This document shows positions 7,654 through 17,376 of a DNA stretch of 46,079 nucleotides, piece after piece. Numbering within the stretch: position 1 is the stretch's first letter; each line of letters starts with the position of its first letter. The notes beneath the pieces were generated by a model. The model was not told where the DNA came from. It was given only the letters and a program-made list of their open reading frames with translations, and did no database searches. Source of the stretch: Candidatus Saccharimonadales bacterium (lineage in GTDB: Bacteria > Patescibacteriota > Saccharimonadia > Saccharimonadales > JACDBH01); contig JBGSWE010000002.1 of assembly GCA_041752595.1 (NCBI GenBank), positions 1 through 46,079 on the forward strand, written 5' to 3'. Position numbers and translations under genes: made by a program.

Positions 7654-10103
7654 AAGTTAGTCTAAACTTAGCTCAAGAATTTTCCAATGTTGATTTGAAG
7701 GCTATTCCAAGAGATGAGTTATTGCAACGAATTGGTGTACAGCTTGGTGCTGTTGAAGAGGTTTTTGACTGGGGATCAAAGCTAGAAGGCGCTGTAGTTG
7801 TGCGTGTTGTATCATGCGAAAAACACCCAGACGCTGATAAATTAAATGTCTGCCAGGTAGATGACGGAAGTGGTGAGACAACTCAAGTTGTTTGTGGGGC
7901 TCCAAATGTTAGGGCTGGCATGTATGCTGTTTGGCTTAAGCCTGGCGTTACAGTTCCAAGTAGCCGAGAAACTGATCCGTTCGTACTTGAAGCCAGGGAA
8001 ATCCGCGGCGTAGTTAGCAATGGCATGATGGCAAGTGCGCATGAACTTGGTATTTCTGATAATCACGATGGAATACTAGAAATTGATCCTAACCAAGTTG
8101 GGCACGAGCCAACTCCGGGTGAACCGATTACGAATTATTTTGGTTTAGATGATTTTGTTGTGAACTGCGAGAACAAGATGTTTACACACCGCCCCGATTG
8201 TTTTGGAAATCTTGGTGTTGCAAGGGAACTAGCCGGAATTTCTGGACTTGGTTTTGTATCGCCTGATTGGTATCTCGAAACACCTCAGTTTGAAAATGTA
8301 GAAAGTTCAAGACTGGATGTTAGTAACGAAATTAGTGACATCGTGCCTAGATTTATGGCCGTAGTTTTGAAGGACATTAGCGTAAAACCAAGCCCTGTTT
8401 GGATGCAGGCATTTCTAACTCGGGTAGGTATTAAACCGATTAATAACGTTGTTGATGTTACTAATTACGTCATGCATTTAACCGGTCAGCCTTTGCACGC
8501 CTTTGATTATGACAAATTACTGGAACTATCTAATTCACCGACTCTTATGCCAAGAATAAGTGTAGCGGGCGAAAAATTAACCTTGCTTGGAAAAAAAGAA
8601 ATAGAACTAACCGGCAACGAAATTGTGATCGCAACCGACAAACAAGCAGTTGCTCTGGCTGGAGTAATGGGCGGGGCAGATACTGAAGTAGACGAGACAA
8701 CCAAAAATATTGTCATAGAGTGTGCAACATTTGATATGTACAGTATTCGCCGAACCTCTATGCGTTTTGGGTTATTTACAGATGCCGTAACAAGGTATAA
8801 CAAAGGTCAAAGCCCTGTACAAAACGACAGAGTATTAGTATTTGCAATCCAGGAAATGTCAAAGCACTGCGGAGCAAATCAGGCTAGTAGTGTTTACGAC
8901 GAAGGTCGTTACGATAACCCTAGTACCACAATAGAATTGCCAATTTCTTTTGTAAATGACCGCTTAGGTTCAAGTATGAACGGGCCAGAAATGAGTCAAC
9001 TACTTAATAATGTAGAGTTCGAAGCTGAAACCGATGATGTAAACCTGATAGTTAAAGCTCCTTTTTGGCGCATGGATATAAAACTTCCAGAAGATATTGT
9101 TGAGGAAATAGGCCGACTTTATGGCTACAATCTTTTGCCTGTTAATTTGCCCAGTCGAACCGCTAGTCCCGCTAGCAAAAATAAGTTAATGGAATTCAAG
9201 CAAGAACTCCGCAAACGTCTACTTAGAGCTGGAGCAAACGAAGTGTTAACTTATAGTTTTGTGCATGGAGATTTGTTACGTAAAACTGGTACCGATCCAG
9301 ACACCTCTGCTTATCATCTTCGTAATGCCATTAGCCCAGACCTGCAATATTATAGGACCAGCCTAATTCCGAGCCTGCTTTCAAAAGTACATCCCAACAT
9401 TAAAGCTCAAGCCGGAAGTGACTTAAATCAGTTTGCTATATTTGAAATTGGAAAAGCGCACGTAAAGGGTCATGAAGTGGACGGGTTACCAAAACAGATG
9501 GAACGACTAGCATTAGTTGTGGCAGCTGATGATAAGACCGCCAACAATAAACAAGCCGGCGCAGCATATTATTTGGCTAAAAAATATTTAGACTATTTAA
9601 CAAACGGCCAGCTTAAATATTCTGAACTTGATAACGACACTTACCCGATTACTTCTGTATATCAAAAAGGCCGAAGTGCAAAAGTTATGATAGACGATCA
9701 AATCCTGGGTGTTATAGGAGAATTTAAACCAACGGCAACAAAATCACTCAAGTTGCCAAGTTTTTGTGCGGGCTTTGAACTAGATCTAGAACTACTAAAT
9801 GGGTTTTTGAAAGCTAAATCTTATCAGCCTTTGCCAAATTTCCCAGTAATTCAACAAGATATAACGCTAGAAACAGATAAGAGTTATAGCGAAGTTAATG
9901 ATCAGTTAATCGAAAAACTTAAGGTTGCTTCTGAACATAATGGCTACAAATGGCAAATAGAGCCACTAAATATATTCAAAAAAGATACAGAACAAAAGCG
10001 CATAACATTCAGACTTACCTTTTCACACCCAAGTAGAACACTTTTAACAGAAGAAATAAATAAAGTTATAGAAACTATTGTCAAAAATGAAAGCAATAAC
10101 TAA
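7650..10103 (+). CDS. pheT: phenylalanine--tRNA ligase beta subunit
   Basis: HPDADKL, VCGAPN, RPDC, GQPLHAFD, LAGVMGG, DIVEEIGRLYGY. Confidence 0.97.
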   Translation: MKVSLNLAQEFSNVDLKAIPRDELLQRIGVQLGAVEEVFDWGSKLEGAVVVRVVSCEKHPDADKLNVCQVDDGSGETTQVVCGAPNVRAGMYAVWLKPGVTVPSSRETDPFVLEAREIRGVVSNGMMASAHELGISDNHDGILEIDPNQVGHEPTPGEPITNYFGLDDFVVNCENKMFTHRPDCFGNLGVARELAGISGLGFVSPDWYLETPQFENVESSRLDVSNEISDIVPRFMAVVLKDISVKPSPVWMQAFLTRVGIKPINNVVDVTNYVMHLTGQPLHAFDYDKLLELSNSPTLMPRISVAGEKLTLLGKKEIELTGNEIVIATDKQAVALAGVMGGADTEVDETTKNIVIECATFDMYSIRRTSMRFGLFTDAVTRYNKGQSPVQNDRVLVFAIQEMSKHCGANQASSVYDEGRYDNPSTTIELPISFVNDRLGSSMNGPEMSQLLNNVEFEAETDDVNLIVKAPFWRMDIKLPEDIVEEIGRLYGYNLLPVNLPSRTASPASKNKLMEFKQELRKRLLRAGANEVLTYSFVHGDLLRKTGTDPDTSAYHLRNAISPDLQYYRTSLIPSLLSKVHPNIKAQAGSDLNQFAIFEIGKAHVKGHEVDGLPKQMERLALVVAADDKTANNKQAGAAYYLAKKYLDYLTNGQLKYSELDNDTYPITSVYQKGRSAKVMIDDQILGVIGEFKPTATKSLKLPSFCAGFELDLELLNGFLKAKSYQPLPNFPVIQQDITLETDKSYSEVNDQLIEKLKVASEHNGYKWQIEPLNIFKKDTEQKRITFRLTFSHPSRTLLTEEINKVIETIVKNESNN

Positions 10104-10109
10104 AAATCT

Positions 10110-11066
10110 ATGACTCAAGAAGACGCGGCAATATTTTATGGTCTTATGACACTAGGTGGTTTTTTTCTAATTATCATATTGGCAGCTTACTTTGGAACTA
10201 AATGGTACAACAAATTTCTCAAAAAACAACAGTTAATATTTGAGCAATGGGCTCAAAGTAAAGGGTTAAATATTTCGCCAAGTGCAAGAGTCGCAAGTAT
10301 AAGCTTGTCGAGTTTCAACGAGGGTGAAGTTATAAAAGCGGTTAGTGGTGTCGTGGAAAATGCAAACAACCGTTTTGATATCTATTGGCAAAGCGAGTCA
10401 AGGGGTAGCGGTAAAAATAGGCGTGTTTATAATCGTACAATTCTTGCAATAGTTATACCCGACACTCAATTACAAATGATTATAAACAGTAAGATTAATA
10501 ATGATTCAAACAGTGGCGGCAACCTGAACGTATTTAATAAACAACAAAGGTTTAGCCTAGAAGGTGATTTTGGCACATTTTTTGATATCTATATGCCGCA
10601 AACTACTCAGAGCGAGACGCTAAGTATGCTTACGCCAGATAGTATGCTCTATATAATGAGCGAATTTGCAGACTATGATATTGAGATAAACGGCCCGCTT
10701 TTATACATCTATTCATATCGTAATATGCATACAAGTCAAATAGATATACTACTTCCAAAGCTGGATAAGCTACTAACAGAAATGCGACTTAGAACAAGTG
10801 ATACAAGGCAAGAAAAAGTCACCAATGCTCTGGTGGCACGCACGGCCACAGATTCGGCCACTCACCGCAAAAGTCTTAAAAAAGATGTAAGGTATGTTGG
10901 AATTTTATTCGTAGTACTGTATGCAGCATCGTACATTGACCACCCTATTGTAAGCTATGTAATTGTCGTGGTGTTTTTATTTTTTGTTATAAAACTATTA
11001 TACGATAGTGCGAAACAGGCCAGCTTAAAACGTAAATACAACAAAGTTATCAGTCAATATAAGTAA
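10110..11066 (+). CDS. membrane-anchored hypothetical protein
   Basis: N-terminal TM, soluble middle (FSLEGDF), two C-terminal TMs. Confidence 0.75.
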   Translation: MTQEDAAIFYGLMTLGGFFLIIILAAYFGTKWYNKFLKKQQLIFEQWAQSKGLNISPSARVASISLSSFNEGEVIKAVSGVVENANNRFDIYWQSESRGSGKNRRVYNRTILAIVIPDTQLQMIINSKINNDSNSGGNLNVFNKQQRFSLEGDFGTFFDIYMPQTTQSETLSMLTPDSMLYIMSEFADYDIEINGPLLYIYSYRNMHTSQIDILLPKLDKLLTEMRLRTSDTRQEKVTNALVARTATDSATHRKSLKKDVRYVGILFVVLYAASYIDHPIVSYVIVVVFLFFVIKLLYDSAKQASLKRKYNKVISQYK

Positions 11067-11092
11067 AAAAACTGTTACTACTAAAAATAATA

Positions 11093-11101
11093 TGGTATTA
11101 T
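11093..11101 (+). promoter_or_regulatory. extended -10 promoter upstream of the structured RNA
   Basis: TG-g-TATTAT; predicted TSS ~11107 coincides with the start of the outermost helix. Confidence 0.55.
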
Positions 11102-11103
11102 AT

Positions 11104-11808
11104 GGTTCGTTTATAGGTCGAGTTAGCTCCCTTTTAAACGTCCTTTAACAGACGTAAATAATAAATTCGAGCGGTGGAAATGCGTTGTCAACAAGTGACA
11201 ACAATCGACCCCCGTTTGCTGAGTCCTACACTTCAGTATAAAACCTCGCAGCCTTCAGTGGCGCAGATTTTATTGTCTTTTGATGTGGGAGACAAGATTT
11301 GTAGTACTCAGCAAGTTCGCGAGATTGTCTACTCCAAAGAGATTCAACGTCAGCGCCTGGCGCTCGTTCAGTAGACACATAGTTTCGACTATGCCATCCC
11401 TGTATTGTCATGTTTATCGCGCTTTACATGAGAATATAAATGGATCTCGTATTTCGTGGCAGTATTTGCCCAATTACTGGTGTCGCGTTGGTTTCGTGCT
11501 TTCTGGTCCTTTCGGTACGAGCAAGATTGCATGCCCCTTTGCCTTCTGCTAACGCGACACCAGACCAATCGATCCTCCGGCTTTTATAGAAGCCATGGCC
11601 ATAGAAGCTGGCTGTTTGCTAGAAAACTATAAAAGCCGGAGGGTCAGCCAATCACAACTTAGTCTTAATCGTATTAATATGATTGAGAAATCAAAATAAC
11701 CACCCGAATTTGCCATTTAGCTTTGTAGAGCTTTTGCTCCAAAATTACTATACGTCTGTTTCATCCCCGAGATCATAAACGAGTTAGTTTGTGGAATCAG
11801 GAATGATA
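11104..11808 (+). ncRNA. candidate large structured ncRNA (~700 nt), class unrecognised
   Basis: Nested long-range helices plus many internal stems of 6-19 bp; G-U pairs favour the + strand; no convincing long ORF. Confidence 0.7.
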
Positions 11809-11862
11809 ATAATATAAAACCTTTTTCGCATTTAAGGTGGTAGACCTTATAATTGCTATGTA

Positions 11863-13635
11863 ATGAGGCATATTCTTAGAATAATTAAATTCACCAGCAG
11901 TTTGTGGCGCTATTATGCCGCGGTTTCTGTTTTTACTATTTTGCTTGCCGTAATTTCACTAGTTGCTCCTTTATTAACAGGTAGGGTTATAGACCAGCTA
12001 AGCCTAGGAACAGATGCAAGTATTAGGTTTGTTCTTTGGGTAGCGTTTATTATTTTCTTACTCGATGTTGCATCGACTCTACTTAGCAATATTGGTGGAT
12101 ACTACGGTGATCAAATGAATGTCAGACTCACTAAAACATTGAGTGAAAAGTATTATCAACATATTTTGAGTTTGCCACAGCAATTTTTTGACACAGAACT
12201 TACCGGAAAAATAATTAGCAGACTAAATAGATCAATTACTCAAATAGCAAGCTTTATGCAAATGATGAGTAATAACTTTTTGCAGTTTATATTTAGTACT
12301 ATTTTTTCATTAATTGTAGTTGCTTTTTATAGCTGGCAGGTAGCGCTTTTGCTCTTTTCACTATATCCAATATTCATTTTTATGACAGTTCGAACAAGTA
12401 ACACCTGGCAAAAGTACCAAAAGCAGAAAAATGATCACCTAGATTTAGCAAGCGGACGTTTTGCCGAAGCCATTAGCCAGGTTAAAGTTGTAAAAAGCTT
12501 CAATCAAGAACCGAGAGAACTTAAGTTCTTTAACGGGCATCTTTCAAAAATTATCGGCATCAATAAGCCTCAATCTATCTATTGGCATACAAATGATGTC
12601 AAACGTCGACTTTTACTAAATGTAATATTTTTTGGTGTTTATGCGTTCATATTTGTTCAAGCGGTTCAGGGTCTATTGACTCCTGGTGAAGCTGTTGCAT
12701 TAATCTTATACGCAATGAACATTAGAATTCCTATATTTACTATTAGTTTTTTGGTTGAGAACACCCAGCGAGCAGTTGCAGATAGCAAAGACTACTTTGA
12801 AATAATGGAAATCGAGCCCGCCATAACAGACAAGTCTAATTCAAAAGACCTACAAGTTAAAAAAGGAATAATTAGTTTTGATAAAGTTTCTTTTGCATAT
12901 GATAAAAAACCAACCCTAACTGATATTAGTTTTACAATAGAGCCAGATTCTAAGATTGCTTTAGTAGGTGAGAGCGGCGAAGGCAAAACCACGCTAACGA
13001 ATTTATTAATGCGTTTGTATGAACCCCAGAAGGGTCAAATAAGTATTGATAATCAGGATATCGCTGGTGTATCACAACGTAGTTTGCACAGTTCGATTGG
13101 TGTTGTGTTCCAGGATCCAGCGTTGTTTAGTGGAACAATTAAAGAAAATATTTCTTATGCCAACCCTAATGCGACTGATAACCAAATAAAGGCTGCAGCC
13201 CGCGCTGCCAACGCTAATGAGTTTATAGAGAAACTAGAAAAGGGATATGATACCGAAATTGGTGAAAGAGGCCTTAGATTATCTGGTGGTCAAAAGCAAC
13301 GTATCGCAATCGCCAGAGCTATATTAAAAGATGCACCTATATTAATTCTCGATGAGGCGACTAGTTCGCTCGATAGTAGGTCGGAATCTATGGTCCAAGA
13401 AGCGCTAGAGAGGTTAATGAAAAAACGTACAACAATCATTATCGCCCACAGGCTTAGCACCATACAGTCGGTTGATAAGATTATTACTCTTAGAAACGGT
13501 ACTATTGATGAGATTGGCTCGCCTAGCCAATTAGCTAAAACCAATGGCATCTATGCCCAGTTATTGGCTCTCCAAAACCGCAAACCTACTGATCGTACAC
13601 GCAAGCAACTCAAAGAATTCGAAATTTCTCGATAA
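11863..13635 (+). CDS. ABC exporter, fused TMD-NBD (MsbA/MdlB-like)
   Basis: TM domain; GESGEGKT, LSGGQKQR, ILDEATSSLD, IAHRLST. Confidence 0.93.
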   Translation: MRHILRIIKFTSSLWRYYAAVSVFTILLAVISLVAPLLTGRVIDQLSLGTDASIRFVLWVAFIIFLLDVASTLLSNIGGYYGDQMNVRLTKTLSEKYYQHILSLPQQFFDTELTGKIISRLNRSITQIASFMQMMSNNFLQFIFSTIFSLIVVAFYSWQVALLLFSLYPIFIFMTVRTSNTWQKYQKQKNDHLDLASGRFAEAISQVKVVKSFNQEPRELKFFNGHLSKIIGINKPQSIYWHTNDVKRRLLLNVIFFGVYAFIFVQAVQGLLTPGEAVALILYAMNIRIPIFTISFLVENTQRAVADSKDYFEIMEIEPAITDKSNSKDLQVKKGIISFDKVSFAYDKKPTLTDISFTIEPDSKIALVGESGEGKTTLTNLLMRLYEPQKGQISIDNQDIAGVSQRSLHSSIGVVFQDPALFSGTIKENISYANPNATDNQIKAAARAANANEFIEKLEKGYDTEIGERGLRLSGGQKQRIAIARAILKDAPILILDEATSSLDSRSESMVQEALERLMKKRTTIIIAHRLSTIQSVDKIITLRNGTIDEIGSPSQLAKTNGIYAQLLALQNRKPTDRTRKQLKEFEISR

Positions 13636-13660
13636 GATGTAAAAATTACCCTTGCCCCTA

Positions 13661-13680
13661 TATACCCCATCTAGGGTATA
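13661..13680. promoter_or_regulatory. palindromic operator-like site overlapping the -10
   Basis: TATACCC-catcta-GGGTATA; -10 TATACT at 13677-13682. Confidence 0.55.
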
Positions 13681-13710
13681 CTTAGGCAACAGCATTTAGT
13701 GGAGGTATTT

Positions 13711-14289
13711 ATGGGTAAAGATTCAGATTATGGTAGGCGCTTTGGCGCGCTTTTTCTTGCGGGTATTTTTTTAATAACAACATTGGCCTTTACGGGAATT
13801 GTTATTTGGGAGGCAACTAAAAAAGATGATTCAACTAGTTCTGTAGATAATTTAGAACAAAGTCTCGAACAACCACAAACTAACGAAACAGGAGAAACGA
13901 CAATGCTTCAAGGTACAATACTAGCTAACTTTACACCAATAACTACACCGGTTAGCGAACTACAAATTATTGATCTTTCAGAGGGAACCGGTGAAGTAGT
14001 TCCAGAGGGAGCTACAATTACGGCTCACTATACAGGGGCATACGTTGTAAATGGTTTAATTTTTGAAAGTTCAAAAGACGCTGGCCAGCCAGCAACATTT
14101 CCTTTGTCGGGTGTTATACCTGGATGGACTCAGGGAGTACCTGGTATGAAAGTAGGCGGAATTCGTCGTTTGGTAATTCCTGGTCCACTAGCTTATGGTG
14201 AAGCACCAGAAGGCTATACACCTGGTAGCGGTGGGCGTCCTTTGGGTCCACTAGTCTTTGACATAGAATTAGTCTCTTTGGGCGAGTAA
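13711..14289 (+). CDS. membrane-anchored FKBP-type peptidyl-prolyl isomerase
   Basis: GGAGG SD; TM; HYTG, VIPGWTQG, MKVGGIRRLVIP..LAYG, LVFDIEL. Confidence 0.92.
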   Translation: MGKDSDYGRRFGALFLAGIFLITTLAFTGIVIWEATKKDDSTSSVDNLEQSLEQPQTNETGETTMLQGTILANFTPITTPVSELQIIDLSEGTGEVVPEGATITAHYTGAYVVNGLIFESSKDAGQPATFPLSGVIPGWTQGVPGMKVGGIRRLVIPGPLAYGEAPEGYTPGSGGRPLGPLVFDIELVSLGE

Positions 14290-14306
14290 ATGTGCAAAAA
14301 CACAAC

Positions 14307-14344
14307 ATATAGCGTATTGACGGACGGCATAAGCGCTATATAAT
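14307..14344 (+). promoter_or_regulatory. promoter of glutaredoxin-trxB with an overlapping 8-bp inverted repeat
   Basis: TTGACG (14317-14322), 16 bp, TATAAT (14339-14344); ATATAGCG (14307-14314) / CGCTATAT (14334-14341). Confidence 0.6.
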
Positions 14345-14385
14345 GGGTAATAGAGTTTTAAACCAACACTAACAGGAGCAAAAAA

Positions 14386-14634
14386 ATGGCAAAAAAAATA
14401 ACTATCTATACTACTAACACCTGCGCATACTGCGTTATGGTCAAGCGGTATTTGAGCAATAAAGGTATTGGCTACGAAGAAGTTAACATCGATACCGAGC
14501 CACACAGGCAACAAGAAGCCCTAGCAATCAGTGGCGCCCTAACTGTACCTGTTACAGTTGTTACCCAGGATGATGACTCTCAAGAAGTTATTATCGGATT
14601 TAATTTGCAAAAACTTGCTCCAGCTGTAGCATAG
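14386..14634 (+). CDS. glutaredoxin-like protein (NrdH/YruB type)
   Basis: CAYC active site, TVPV, IIGF; AGGAG SD. Confidence 0.88.
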   Translation: MAKKITIYTTNTCAYCVMVKRYLSNKGIGYEEVNIDTEPHRQQEALAISGALTVPVTVVTQDDDSQEVIIGFNLQKLAPAVA

Positions 14635-14654
14635 GAAAATTTAAGGAGATTTTG

Positions 14655-15626
14655 GTGAGCGATAAAAAAATTCATGATTTGATTATTATTGGTGCTGGTC
14701 CTGCGGCACTCAGTACGGCTATTTATACAACCAGGGAAGACGTCGAGACTTTACTATTTGAAAAAGCAGTGCCAGGTGGACTCATATCTACGACTGATTG
14801 GGTGGATAACTATCCTGGATTCCCAGATGGAATTTCAGGAATAGAACTCGGCGATGCAATGCGCAAACAAGCCGAACGATTCGGCGCTGTTATTGAACTA
14901 GGTGAAGTAACCAAAATAATCGACGAAGGTGACACCAAAAAACTCGAAACTACAGATGGTGATGTTCATGCCAAAACATTATTAATCGCAACTGGATCTG
15001 GTTATAAGAAACTAGGAATTCCCGGAGAAGACGAATACTATGCGCGCGGCGTCCACTACTGTGCTACCTGTGACGGAGCCTTTTATCGAGATAAGAAAAT
15101 AGTTGTTGTTGGTGGTGGTAATTCGGCCGTTCAAGAAGCTATGTTTCTAACTCGTTTTTCCTCAGAAATTGTTATGTTAGTCCGTAATGATTTTAGAGCC
15201 TCCGAAGTATTACTGCACGAGCTTGAAAAATTCAAAGATAAAATTACAATTTATAAAAACACCACAACTGATGAAATTGTAGGCGAAAACAATAAGCTAA
15301 CAAAAGTTTTAGGTACAGATTCAACTACTGGCGAAAAGAAAGAATTCATAGCTGATGGCGTGTTTGTGTTTGTGGGCCTAAAACCCAACACAGTATTTGC
15401 AGGAGAAAGCGGCATAGAATTAGACGAAATAGGCCTAATCAAAAGCAACGAAAAGCTTGAGACATCAATGCCTGGAGTATTTGTAGCTGGCGATTGTCGT
15501 AGTGGAGCAACTATGCAAGTAGCAACAGCGGTTGGAGAAGGCGCTACGGCGTCAATACGCATACGTGAATATCTAGAAGCTCATTCAAGGAATGCTGATA
15601 AAAAAGCAGTCGAAACTACCTACTAA
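14655..15626 (+). CDS. trxB: thioredoxin reductase
   Basis: GAGPAA, NYPGF, CATCDG, GGGNSA, GVFVAGD; AAGGAG SD favours GTG 14655. Confidence 0.95.
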   Translation: MSDKKIHDLIIIGAGPAALSTAIYTTREDVETLLFEKAVPGGLISTTDWVDNYPGFPDGISGIELGDAMRKQAERFGAVIELGEVTKIIDEGDTKKLETTDGDVHAKTLLIATGSGYKKLGIPGEDEYYARGVHYCATCDGAFYRDKKIVVVGGGNSAVQEAMFLTRFSSEIVMLVRNDFRASEVLLHELEKFKDKITIYKNTTTDEIVGENNKLTKVLGTDSTTGEKKEFIADGVFVFVGLKPNTVFAGESGIELDEIGLIKSNEKLETSMPGVFVAGDCRSGATMQVATAVGEGATASIRIREYLEAHSRNADKKAVETTY

Positions 15627-16306
15627 GTAATTCTGTAGCCATCCATAAATTTCTGAGGACTGTCTGTTATAACACCGTACAGACCATGTTTTTGTAATCT
15701 TTTGGCCTTTTTAGGGTCATTAAGAGTGTAGGCAGTTAGTTTATAGCCTTGTTTTGTTATAGATCTTACGAATCCACTCCACATCCAACGGTGATTCATT
15801 ATTAGACGCTTGGTGTTTAACTTTCTAGCCCGGCTTGTTGCCCGCACTCCTGACCATTTTTCTATAACTGCAATGGGTACGCCTGGGAATTGATTGTGTA
15901 GTTCTTTAAGGATCTTAAAATCAAAAGATGCAAACAAAAAGTCGCTTTCTATCCATTTTTTCATGATCCTTGGTTCTATGCAGGCTGCAATTGGTTCAAC
16001 TCTTTCACCTGGTTTTATTTCTATAATTACGTCAGTTCTTCTGTCGATAAACTGCAAAGCAGCTTCTAGTGTCAAAAGATCAGACTTAGCAAGTTGGAGT
16101 TTTGTGAAGTTAGTTTTACGAATATCTAATTTCTTGCCATCATCTGTAATAATTGCTCTGTCGTGGTTAAGTATTGGAACGTCGTCTAATGTAACTCGAA
16201 TATCGATCTCTATCATAGCAACATGTGCGTCTAGAGCAGATTGCAAACCCGCTAAAGTATTTTCTGGTGCTAAGCCCTTGGCGCCGCGGTGTCCGATTAT
16301 CAACAT
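15623..16306 (-). CDS. glycerophosphodiester phosphodiesterase
   Basis: GHRGA..APENT, EIDI, HD, IEIK, ITD; start MLIIGH 9 nt after TACACT. Confidence 0.9.
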   Translation of the reverse strand: MLIIGHRGAKGLAPENTLAGLQSALDAHVAMIEIDIRVTLDDVPILNHDRAIITDDGKKLDIRKTNFTKLQLAKSDLLTLEAALQFIDRRTDVIIEIKPGERVEPIAACIEPRIMKKWIESDFLFASFDFKILKELHNQFPGVPIAVIEKWSGVRATSRARKLNTKRLIMNHRWMWSGFVRSITKQGYKLTAYTLNDPKKAKRLQKHGLYGVITDSPQKFMDGYRIT

Positions 16307-16372
16307 CTTACGCTTAGTGTACAATAAAACTAGTTAACAAGTAGATATTAATTTTAATTATCAGGAGTATGT

Positions 16373-16903
16373 ATGGCAGACTTTAATCAAATTTTTGACG
16401 CAGGCGATGTAGACGCGGGGCTCATAAATGTTATTAATGAAATACCAATGGGAAGCAATTTAAAGATTGAGTGGAATCGTCACCAGGCTATTTTTGAGCT
16501 AGACAGGGTAGAGCCACAAATTTTTGCAAAACCATGCAACTATGGTTTTATTCCTCAAACCTTAGACGAAGATGGTGATGAACTAGATGTACTACTTCTA
16601 ATTGATGCAGCCGTACCAACTGGAATCAAGGTCAACGCCAAAGTTATCGGCATAATGAACTTCGAAGATGACGGTGAAATGGATCATAAGGTTATCTGTG
16701 TTGCAGCAGACGATCGCCACGATGGAAATGATTGGAATGACATTGATGATGTAGATCAAGCCTGGAAAAACCAAGCAGAGCATCACTTTAGTCACTACAA
16801 AGATCTTAAGAAACCTGGTAGTACAAAAGTTTTAGGTTGGGGCAACGTAGAAGACGCCAAAACAATAATTAGAGAGTGTCAGGTTCGTTGGACAGAGCAG
16901 TAG
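16373..16903 (+). CDS. ppa: family I inorganic pyrophosphatase
   Basis: NYGFIPQT..EDGDELDV, DHKVI, F.HYKDL. Confidence 0.93.
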   Translation: MADFNQIFDAGDVDAGLINVINEIPMGSNLKIEWNRHQAIFELDRVEPQIFAKPCNYGFIPQTLDEDGDELDVLLLIDAAVPTGIKVNAKVIGIMNFEDDGEMDHKVICVAADDRHDGNDWNDIDDVDQAWKNQAEHHFSHYKDLKKPGSTKVLGWGNVEDAKTIIRECQVRWTEQ

Positions 16904-17340
16904 TGATAAAGCGCACAGCTGGTGGGATAATTATTGGTAACGGTGGCAGGGTGGTTGTAGTAAGTCAAAACTTTGATTCGTGGTCACTACCCAAAGGGGG
17001 AATTGAAAAGGGAGAAGATGAGCTAGACGCCGCTAGAAGAGAAATATTTGAAGAAACTGGGCTATATGAGATTACACTTGTTGAGAGGCTAGGATCGTAC
17101 ACTAGACCCAGGGGTGGGAATGGTGAAAACAAAAAAAGAATAAAACACTTAACTTTTTTCTTGTTCACAACAACCCAAATTGAGCTTCAGCCGATTGACC
17201 CAATAAACCCCGAAGCAATCTGGCTCTATCCAGAAGAAGTGGGTTCAAGACTTTCGCATCCCAAAGATGTAGAGTTTTATGTTAGTCAAATTCCAAAAAT
17301 TCAAGAGCTTGCACATAAAAGCATAACCGATATACAATAG
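16903..17340 (+). CDS. NUDIX hydrolase
   Basis: Nudix box GGIEKGEDELDAARREIFEETG; GTG overlaps the ppa stop. Confidence 0.9.
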   Translation: MIKRTAGGIIIGNGGRVVVVSQNFDSWSLPKGGIEKGEDELDAARREIFEETGLYEITLVERLGSYTRPRGGNGENKKRIKHLTFFLFTTTQIELQPIDPINPEAIWLYPEEVGSRLSHPKDVEFYVSQIPKIQELAHKSITDIQ

Positions 17341-17376
17341 CTACAGATAGAAAAAATTCTAATGTGGGAGACATGA

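Noticed and set aside
11310-11393. Group I intron core (GTTCGCGAGATTG and GACACATAGT loosely resemble R/S elements)
   Set aside because: No interrupted host gene and no P3/P7 pseudoknot that I could build; not fully excluded without cmscan
11174-11552. Track ORFs of 66, 61 and 90 aa in the structured region
   Set aside because: Mutually overlapping, no RBS or recognisable motif; better explained by RNA structure
11104-11808. RNase P RNA, tmRNA, group II intron or retron msr-msd
   Set aside because: No GAGGAAAGUC, no tRNA-like ends, no domain V, and no reverse transcriptase nearby
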